From a bacterium (GTDB lineage: Bacteria; Vulcanimicrobiota; Vulcanimicrobiia; Vulcanimicrobiales; SCRA01): DNA of 64,000 nucleotides. Shown in pieces: positions 57,387 to 64,000 of this stretch. The translations under genes and the position numbers were made by a program. The notes beneath the pieces are model-generated. The model was not told the origin of the DNA. It searched no databases and saw nothing but the letters and a program-made list of their open reading frames with translations. Positions within the stretch are counted from its first letter, which is position 1. Each line of letters opens with the position of its first letter. The stretch spans positions 14,262 through 78,261 of the forward strand of contig SCRA01000044.1 of assembly GCA_004297985.1 (NCBI GenBank), read 5' to 3'.

Positions 57387-59621
57387 TCAGGGGGCGAAGG
57401 CGTAGAGCGTGCCGATATTGCCGGCACCGATGCCGAAGGAGACCACGTAGAGGCGGCCGTTGACCACCATGGGCGCCGTGAAGAGATCACCGCTCAACTT
57501 CGCCGTCCAGAGTTGCCCCCCGCCCACCGCGTTGAAGGCGAAGATGTCGTTGTTGGGGCCGTCGGCATAGTAGACGACGTCGTTGGCCACCGCCGGAGGC
57601 GCCGGAGGGCTGTCGTAGATCGCGTTGGGACCCACGGTCTTCTGCCAGAGCAGCGAGAGCGTACAGTCGGAGTTCAGCCCAAAGGCGAGCAATCCGTGCA
57701 GGATCCCCGTCGACGTAAGTGACGAGTCCGAGCCGTTCTCGACGTAGATCATGTGGGTCTGCGGCGAGTAGGCGGGGACACCGATGTTGTAGCCCGAGAT
57801 GCTCGACGTGCCGATCTGGATCGTCGGGTCGACCGGCCCACCGTTGATGGCATCGGCGTTCCAGACGAACATCTGACCGTTCTTGGCTTTGCCGACCGCC
57901 AGCGTCTGCGTGCATCCGTTGGCGGGTTGGATCATCAGCGGCGTGGCGCCGAAGTCCAGATCACCCGAAACGTAGTTCGGCGCATTGGCGCCTACCACGC
58001 TCATCGCGGCATTCATGCGCACCAAACTCTCGGGAAACGCCGTCGTGCTCGGCGGAATCGAGGCGTTCCCCGTCAGTGCGTAGATATCGCTGTACGCCGA
58101 CGGGCTGCCGGCGTTGCGCGGATCGAGCGAAACCCCACCGGGCCCCCAGATGCCGCCACCATTTGCGGTCGGCGTCCCCAGCGTAAAGAAGAACGAGGCG
58201 CCGCCGGGGCTGGCCGTGCCGACTTCGGCGATGCCGCCGCGCCAAGGCGTGATGTCGCAGTGGCTGCCGAAGCCGGCGTAGATGCGGTGATTGGCGGCGT
58301 CGAGCGTGAGGGCGCCGTAGATGTGCTCTTGTTGATCGGGAAGCATCTCCACACCGCCTCCCGGCCATCCCGGCGCAATGTTCCCGCTGCTCATATCGAA
58401 CGCGTAGAGCAGTCCCGTGCCGTCGGTAACGTAGACGCGATTCGTGGAGCGCTCGATCACCGGAGAGCCGCTGATGCCGAAGATGCCGTTGGGGAGGTCG
58501 TGACATGCGGGGACGCTCTGCGTCAGCAGTTGCTTCTTCCACAGTAATGCTCCCGTGACCGCGTTGATCGCGTAGAACGCGGCGTTCTCGTCGCCGATGA
58601 AGAGCACATCCACGGTGCCCTGCGCCGTATTCTGCACGTTCCCGGCGACCACGGGCTGATCGTCGGCGGCACCGCTGAGCGTGAACGCCCAGACCTGGTG
58701 AAGCTTGGGGACTGTGGCGGGGCTCAACAGGATCTCGCTGGGATTGTCGCCGCCGCGCGCGCTGTCGTACCCGAACGTGGGCCAGTCGTCGTGCGGCGGC
58801 GTGGGCGCGAAGACGGCGCTGGTCACCGCGCTCGTCGGCACGCTGGCGGCAGAGGCACCGACGGTGGCGGCGGCACCAGCCGTGGTCAGCGGCAGCCCGT
58901 TGTACGCCAGCGTCACGGCCGCGCCGGGCGCGTTCACGCTCGCCGCCGACAGCGTGGTCGCGCCCTGCGAGTCGGTATCCGTCAGCGTAATCGGGTTGTC
59001 GTAGCTGCCGGGGCCCACGATCGCGTTGCCGTCGGCATCCTTCGCCGTCACGAGCACCGGCACTGATGTCGCGACGCCTTCGGGCGGGCCGGGGCTGGGC
59101 AGCGTCACGACGATCTGCGCCACCACGCCGTCGAGCGTCAATGGGATCGTGTTGGCCTGTCCCGCGGTGATCGTGGCAGGAACCACGGCCCGCGAGAGCG
59201 TGTTGGAACTCTGATCCATGGCGGCAACGGCGAACGTATCCAGCCCAACCGGCGCGTCGACACCGACCGTGCAGCTCAAACCCTGGGCGCTCGAGACGCA
59301 CCCGGGAGAACTGGGCGTCAAGAGCGCGATGATCGCCGTGGCGCCGTTGACCGAGATCGAGAGGGAGCTCGTCGCGGACGAGACGTACGCGGGGCGGCGC
59401 GGGTGGCGGACATCTCGCGGAACGAGGATACGCACGGTGGCATGCGCGCTCTTCGCCGGGGCGTGGGCAGCGGAAGGCGCAACGGGCAGCACGCCGGAGC
59501 CCGAGTTGCGATGGGCGCAGCCGGCGACGAGGAGCACGACAAGCCATGAAACGACGACAGCGCGCCGCGCCGCTGGCGACCCCCGGACAACGCTGCTGGC
59601 GACCGCCGTCGATACGTTCAC
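57387..59621 (-). CDS. Secreted protein: Ig-like N-terminal modules + PQQ-like (BamB-like) beta-propeller
   Basis: Signal-like N-terminus. N-terminal modules are homologous to the 59788-60888 lipoprotein. The C-terminal ~450 aa carry repeated ...YA.DA.TG...W motifs typical of PQQ-like propellers. Confidence 0.72.
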   Translation of the reverse strand: MNVSTAVASSVVRGSPAARRAVVVSWLVVLLVAGCAHRNSGSGVLPVAPSAAHAPAKSAHATVRILVPRDVRHPRRPAYVSSATSSLSISVNGATAIIALLTPSSPGCVSSAQGLSCTVGVDAPVGLDTFAVAAMDQSSNTLSRAVVPATITAGQANTIPLTLDGVVAQIVVTLPSPGPPEGVATSVPVLVTAKDADGNAIVGPGSYDNPITLTDTDSQGATTLSAASVNAPGAAVTLAYNGLPLTTAGAAATVGASAASVPTSAVTSAVFAPTPPHDDWPTFGYDSARGGDNPSEILLSPATVPKLHQVWAFTLSGAADDQPVVAGNVQNTAQGTVDVLFIGDENAAFYAINAVTGALLWKKQLLTQSVPACHDLPNGIFGISGSPVIERSTNRVYVTDGTGLLYAFDMSSGNIAPGWPGGGVEMLPDQQEHIYGALTLDAANHRIYAGFGSHCDITPWRGGIAEVGTASPGGASFFFTLGTPTANGGGIWGPGGVSLDPRNAGSPSAYSDIYALTGNASIPPSTTAFPESLVRMNAAMSVVGANAPNYVSGDLDFGATPLMIQPANGCTQTLAVGKAKNGQMFVWNADAINGGPVDPTIQIGTSSISGYNIGVPAYSPQTHMIYVENGSDSSLTSTGILHGLLAFGLNSDCTLSLLWQKTVGPNAIYDSPPAPPAVANDVVYYADGPNNDIFAFNAVGGGQLWTAKLSGDLFTAPMVVNGRLYVVSFGIGAGNIGTLYAFAP

Positions 59622-59787
59622 GCGTACTCCTGAACGCGAGTCTACAACGGCGCGCGTGCCAGGAGATGGGCCGAAGCGGGCGCTACGCTGGGCTATCGGA
59701 GTGCCGTGGTCCTAAGGCTTTCTGCCCACCGTTCGGCACGTGCGGGCCCTTGCGCGCACCCCCTGGACGCGTACACTCGTACTACCG

Positions 59788-60888
59788 ATGGCGACGCGAC
59801 GCGAGGCCACACGTTGTCTGCTCGCCCTCACACTGGGGGCGGCACTGCTCGCCGGTTGTGGCGGGGGCGGAGGAGGCGGTTCCACTCCGTCTCCCGGTGG
59901 GCCCGTTGCGACCCCCGCACCGCCGCAACCCGTGGCGCTTACCATACTCTTTCCGGCGCTCAAAGCAAACTCATCGGCGATCCGGCCAGCCTATGCCCCG
60001 TCCATGAGCAGCTCGCTGACGATCTCCGTCAACGGCACGCCGAACGGCACGTACGACGTCTCCTCGACCTCCACGTCATGCACGAGCGTAAGCGGCGGGC
60101 GCACCTGCACGTTCACCGTCAATGCGCCGGCCGGCAGCGACACCTTCGCGCTGATCATCTGGGATAAGCCGAGCGGCACCGGCAATCAGCTCGCCGCCGG
60201 CAGCGCGACTCAGACGATCACCGTCGGCACGAGCAATACGCTGACGATCCCGTTGAACGGCGTCGTCTCGAAGATCGCGCTCTCGCTTGCCAACCCTACC
60301 CCGCCCCAGGGCACGCCGACCAGCATCCCGATGACCATCACGGCGCTGGACGCTGACAACAACACGATTTCGACGTGCAGTTCGTGCCCGCCGGCGGATA
60401 ATCAGTTCGCCAATCCCATCACGCTCAGCGACTCCGATACATCGCACACGAAGATCAACGTGAACGGCGGCGCTGCGAATGTGCTGAGCGCCACCACCGA
60501 CGTTGTGACCGTCGCGTACGACGGCGGACCCATGAGTACCGCGGCACAGTTCTCCGCCAGCGCCGCGGGCGTGCTCGCGACGAACGTGACCGGCGCGACG
60601 CTCTCACCCTACGGCTCGGTCCTGCTCTCGCCGTCCTCCGTCGCCTTCACCAGCCCCTCGGGCTCGCAGAGCGTCCAAGCCTCACAGGCAGGATACGCCG
60701 GCACGCTCTCGGTCAGCGCAGCCGCTTGCGCCAACATCGCTTCCGTGAGCCCAAGCGGCACCAATCCGATCACCATTACCGTGACGGCCGTGGGCGCTGG
60801 AATCTGCAGCGCCGGTATCAGCGGCGGTTTCTCGCAGAGCGCCGCGCTCTCGATCACCGTCACCAGCACCTCTATCACCATCCAATAG
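59788..60888 (+). CDS. Lipoprotein with tandem Ig-like modules
   Basis: Lipobox LLAGC followed by a Gly run. Modules are colinear with the N-terminus of the divergent neighbour (SLTISVNG..., DTFALII..., LNGVVSKIALSL..., ITALDADNN..., ANPITLSDSD...). Confidence 0.65.
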   Translation: MATRREATRCLLALTLGAALLAGCGGGGGGGSTPSPGGPVATPAPPQPVALTILFPALKANSSAIRPAYAPSMSSSLTISVNGTPNGTYDVSSTSTSCTSVSGGRTCTFTVNAPAGSDTFALIIWDKPSGTGNQLAAGSATQTITVGTSNTLTIPLNGVVSKIALSLANPTPPQGTPTSIPMTITALDADNNTISTCSSCPPADNQFANPITLSDSDTSHTKINVNGGAANVLSATTDVVTVAYDGGPMSTAAQFSASAAGVLATNVTGATLSPYGSVLLSPSSVAFTSPSGSQSVQASQAGYAGTLSVSAAACANIASVSPSGTNPITITVTAVGAGICSAGISGGFSQSAALSITVTSTSITIQ

Positions 60889-60939
60889 CGCCGGCTGCGC
60901 CGTTGTTCCCGGCGCCGCCGGCGTGGTATCGTTGGCCTC

Positions 60940-61836
60940 GTGAGCACTGCAACGCGCGCAGCCGCCGCCGGTCATGCACAGCGCCTCGGCCTCGCTCTCG
61001 CCCTGCTCTACGTCTTTCTCTGGGCGTCGGCATTCGTGCCCAGTAAGGTGCTCTCCACGGAGGGCCAGCCGCTCTGGATGCTGGTCATCCGTTTCCTGTT
61101 GGCGGGCGCAGTGCTCATCGCGCTGGCGCGCGCCGCGCACCGTCACTTCCCCACGGACGCACGCGGCTGGCTCGAGCTGCTGCTGCTGGGCGTCCTCACC
61201 AACGCCCTCAACCTCGGCCTCACCTACATCTCGCTTGGACACCTCTCGTCGGGGATGGGCGCCATCCTCGCCAGCACCAATCCACTGATCCTGGCCCTGC
61301 TCGCCCCGCGGCTGCTCAGCGAGCCGCTGACCAAGCGCAAAGGTCTGGGCCTCCTGCTGGGTTTCGGCGGCGTCGTAGCGATCATGATCGTACGCGCCGG
61401 AACAGGCACGGCCCGCCCGCAGGACGTGGCTATCAACGTGCTAGGCGTGCTCGCCGCCGTCTCCTCGACCATCCTCTACAAGCGCATCCAGAGCCGCCAC
61501 GACGTGGTAGCGGCCACGGCTGCCCAGCTCACCTGCGCCGGCCTCGTGCTGATTCCCGCGGCATTCCTGCTGGAAGGCTCATTCCGCCTCGTCGCAACCC
61601 CCGAGCTCATGGGCTCGATGGCGTATCTCGTGCTGATCGTCAGCGTAGGAGCCTCGCTGCTGTGGTTCTGGCTGCTTACCCACGGTGAAGCTAGCCGCGT
61701 CAGCGCCTTCTACTTCCTCACGCCGGCCTTCGGCCTGGCTCTCGGTGCGCTCTTGCTCGGCGAGCACGTCACCGCCCACGACCTGCTGGGCCTCGCCGCG
61801 ATCGCCCTGGGCATCTCGCTGGTCCAAAGCGGCTGA
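60940..61836 (+). CDS. DMT superfamily (EamA-type) transporter
   Basis: 10 TM helices in two EamA repeats (LLYVFLWASAFVPSKV...; ...LWFWLLTHGEASRVSAFYFLTPAFG). Confidence 0.85.
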   Translation: MSTATRAAAAGHAQRLGLALALLYVFLWASAFVPSKVLSTEGQPLWMLVIRFLLAGAVLIALARAAHRHFPTDARGWLELLLLGVLTNALNLGLTYISLGHLSSGMGAILASTNPLILALLAPRLLSEPLTKRKGLGLLLGFGGVVAIMIVRAGTGTARPQDVAINVLGVLAAVSSTILYKRIQSRHDVVAATAAQLTCAGLVLIPAAFLLEGSFRLVATPELMGSMAYLVLIVSVGASLLWFWLLTHGEASRVSAFYFLTPAFGLALGALLLGEHVTAHDLLGLAAIALGISLVQSG

Positions 61837-61847
61837 CGCGCGGAGCG

Positions 61848-62420
61848 CTATCTCCCCAGCGTATAGAACTCCGCGTTCGGGCGCATGTCCATCGTGCTGG
61901 CCATGCGATTGCTGAAGCCGAAGAAACCGGCGATCGCGGCGATGTCCCAGATGTCGTCGTCGCTGAAGCCTGCGTCGCGCAAGCGCACCAACCGGCTCTC
62001 GTCGACCGTGGATCCCTGACGGTTGAGCGCCGCGGCAAAGGAGAGCATCTCACGCTCGCGCGCGCTGAGATCGGCAGTCTGCCAATTGGTAGCCACCTGG
62101 TCGGCCAACAGCGGGCGTTTGGAGAGGATACGCAGTGCCGCACCGTGCGCCACCACGCAGTAGAGACAATCGTTCTCGCCGGAGACGGCAACCACGATCA
62201 TCTCGCGCTCGGCGCGCGAGAGGCCGCTCTCGCCGCGCATCAGCACGTCGTGGTAGTGCATAAACGCGCGGAAATGCTCCGGGCGCTTGGCGTACGCGAG
62301 AAAGACGTTGGGGACGAAACCCAGCTTAGCTGCATTCTTCTCGATCGTCGCCCGCACGTCGTCGGGCAACGCGGCGAGGTCCGCTGGGGTCCCGAAACGC
62401 GACACCTGTTCTTCGTGCAT
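61848..62420 (-). CDS. Carboxymuconolactone decarboxylase/AhpD-like 'peroxidase-related' protein
   Basis: 190 aa from MHEEQV (ATG at 62418-62420). SGENDCLYCVVAHG is a CxxC-containing AhpD-core motif. The upstream Arg-rich extension was rejected. Confidence 0.8.
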   Translation of the reverse strand: MHEEQVSRFGTPADLAALPDDVRATIEKNAAKLGFVPNVFLAYAKRPEHFRAFMHYHDVLMRGESGLSRAEREMIVVAVSGENDCLYCVVAHGAALRILSKRPLLADQVATNWQTADLSAREREMLSFAAALNRQGSTVDESRLVRLRDAGFSDDDIWDIAAIAGFFGFSNRMASTMDMRPNAEFYTLGR

Positions 62421-62434
62421 GCGCCGGAGGTTCG

Positions 62435-63316
62435 TTACCCGCCTCGCGGGACCTCGCTCCCCTGGGCGCGTTCCTGCTGATCGAAGAAGCGCAGCAGGTC
62501 GGCCGCGAAATCCTGGTCGCACTCGGCGTGCGGAACGTGTCCGGCTCGGGCGTACCTCACCAGACGCGCGTGCGGCAGCGCCCGTGCGAGGCGCTCCGCC
62601 TGCGACGACGGCACGTTGGGATCGGACTCCCCGGTGATCAGCAGCGCCGGCGCGTCGATCGACGCGTAGCGCTCCTCCAGCGGGTGCTCGCGGTGCAGCG
62701 CGATGCCGCGTGCCAGATGCATCCAGCCCGTCACGACGGCGCGCGGATCGTCGTCGTAGATCGGCAAGCGCTGGCGGCGCTCCTCCGACCACGTGCGGCT
62801 CTGCGGATGCACCATGCGCAGAAAGGCGCGCCTGGTGGCCATGCGCGTGGTCCAAGGCGTGGCACAGGCGGCGATGAGCTCACCCAGCAGCGGCGCAGTC
62901 AGCAAGCGCAGCTCCCACGGCAGTTCCATGGCGAAGGCCGGCGGTGCCTCCAGCACCAGCGAGCGCACGCGCTCGGGTGCGAGCGCCGCCGCCGCCAAGG
63001 CAACTTTCGCGCCGAGGCTGTGGCCCACCACGTGCGCGCGCTCGACCCCCAGCGCGTCGAGCACGCCCACGGCCTGGTCGCCGAGAGCGGCCACCTCATA
63101 GGCGCCGGGACCCTTCTCCGAAGCACCGCAGCCGTGGAGATCGTAGGCGATGCAGCGATAGCGCCGCGCGAGCACGGGCAAAGCGCGCCACCACGTTCCC
63201 AGCGTATCGGCGAAGCCGTGAATCAGCAGTACGGCCTGACCCCGTCCAGCCTCGCGCACCCGCGTGCGCACGCCCCCGGCGACGATCACGCGGTCCAGCG
63301 CGTGAGAGACCGTCAC
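62435..63316 (-). CDS. Alpha/beta-fold hydrolase
   Basis: The GTG at 63314-63316 overlaps the DoxX stop (GTGA). VLLIHGF, nucleophile elbow GHSLGA and a C-terminal AGHVPH. Confidence 0.8.
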   Translation of the reverse strand: MTVSHALDRVIVAGGVRTRVREAGRGQAVLLIHGFADTLGTWWRALPVLARRYRCIAYDLHGCGASEKGPGAYEVAALGDQAVGVLDALGVERAHVVGHSLGAKVALAAAALAPERVRSLVLEAPPAFAMELPWELRLLTAPLLGELIAACATPWTTRMATRRAFLRMVHPQSRTWSEERRQRLPIYDDDPRAVVTGWMHLARGIALHREHPLEERYASIDAPALLITGESDPNVPSSQAERLARALPHARLVRYARAGHVPHAECDQDFAADLLRFFDQQERAQGSEVPRGG

Positions 63317-63828
63317 TCGCTGCGCATTCCCAACCCGGTGGAGAGCAGTGAGCCCACCGTCAGGGCGAGCACCGTTGCTACCAAGACCACGATCGCCGCC
63401 AAGATTCCCACCTCCGGCTCCGGAAGTGCGACATTCCACGCTGCGTCGATGGAGCTTCCGCCCGGTCCCGCGGAGATCAGCGCCACGCAGACGGCGATCA
63501 GGACGACGTTGTACTCGAAGCCCCCGCGGGCGATCCACAGGCCCCTTTTGAGATGCACGGCGGCGATGGCGGTGATCATGACGCCGATGAGGATGATGGG
63601 GCCGATCGGCGACAAGAGGCCAAAGAAGACGAGGCCCCCTCCAAGCAGCTCGGCAAGACCGGCGAGAACGGCGAAGGGACGGCCCGGCCGGATGCCCGCC
63701 GACTCGAAGAACGCCGCTGTTCCCGGAATCCCTGCCCCACTCTCGAAACTGCCGAAAAGCTTCTGCAGGCCGTGGAGCATGAAAAGGCCTCCGACGACGA
63801 TGCGGACCACGAGCAGCGCGAAATCCAT
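63313..63828 (-). CDS. DoxX family membrane protein
   Basis: LLVVRIVVGGLFMLHGLQKLFG and 4 TM helices. Confidence 0.8.
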   Translation of the reverse strand: MDFALLVVRIVVGGLFMLHGLQKLFGSFESGAGIPGTAAFFESAGIRPGRPFAVLAGLAELLGGGLVFFGLLSPIGPIILIGVMITAIAAVHLKRGLWIARGGFEYNVVLIAVCVALISAGPGGSSIDAAWNVALPEPEVGILAAIVVLVATVLALTVGSLLSTGLGMRSE

Positions 63829-63918
63829 GCCATACCTCCTGCACTCTTTCTACCGCAATTGTCCCGCTTTCCCGCACCCCGGAGGATGCCCCGCGTTCAC
63901 TACCGTATGGAGGCGGCG

Positions 63919-64000
63919 ATGATCACAGAGCAGGAGATCGCCGAGCTCATTCGGCAGCAGATGCCCGATGCCGTCGTCGAAGCCCGGGAGTGGGGCAGCG
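63919..64000 (+). CDS. BolA-like protein, N-terminal fragment (runs off window)
   Basis: GGAGG RBS, then the ATG at 63919: MITEQEIAELIRQQMPDAVVEAREWGS, the BolA-family N-terminal pattern. Only 27 aa are visible. Confidence 0.35.
   Translation, partial: MITEQEIAELIRQQMPDAVVEAREWGS

Noticed and set aside
61848-63877. Long N-terminal extensions of ORFs 61848..62855 and 62435..63877
   Set aside because: The extensions are Arg-rich and overlap neighbouring genes. Family-consistent starts exist at 62420 (AhpD-like) and 63316 (hydrolase, GTGA-coupled to DoxX).

Overview
Visibly GC-rich bacterial chromosomal segment with about 70 supportable protein-coding genes. I found no rRNA, tRNA, CRISPR array, transposase or integrase by eye. 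All calls rest on motif and family recognition from the supplied translations plus my own reading of start, stop and overlap contexts; no searches were run.

Layout:
- 1-12 kb: partial multicopper oxidase, korAB-type 2-oxoacid:ferredoxin oxidoreductase, an LCP protein, a norC-norB nitric-oxide reductase followed by two small membrane ORFs, a gluconate-2-dehydrogenase-like pair, a VOC protein and a CDF transporter.
- 12-18 kb: Hsp20, an HPF/RaiA::cold-shock-domain fusion, moaA, ppa, a Zn-ADH, xthA and a DUF488 protein.
- 18-22.6 kb: a tightly overlapped minus-strand operon. It holds a ferredoxin-type reductase, three stand-alone DUF2249/TusA-like proteins, a 12-TM protein, a DUF59 Fe-S factor and a DUF2249::Crp/Fnr regulator.
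- 22.7-32.3 kb: a stress island. It holds three tandem OmpR-type response-regulator/kinase modules in which the kinase partner is intact, then degenerate, then reduced to the dimerisation domain. It also holds four paralogs of an uncharacterised ~155-aa family, several USPs (one frameshifted at a C5 run) and an HPF-like ORF, with ispH embedded.
- 32-41.8 kb: one long minus-strand array of mgtC, an mgtA-like ATPase, a P2-type ATPase, an Ig-like anchored protein, a 54-aa ORF absent from the ORF track, a ccoO::cytochrome c fusion, ccoN and proC.
- 42-64 kb: aceA, LysE, HtrA, a KAS II, a decayed FadH-like gene, acnA, an EgtB-like enzyme, trpS, lepA, an aminotransferase, a divergent pair of secreted Ig-like/beta-propeller proteins, EamA, an AhpD-like protein, a hydrolase, DoxX and a partial BolA-like protein.

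Best candidates for something undescribed are the DUF2249-rich operon around the 12-TM protein and the decaying triple two-component array with its co-amplified paralog family. Many long ORFs in the track are antisense or shadow frames typical of GC-rich DNA and were rejected.
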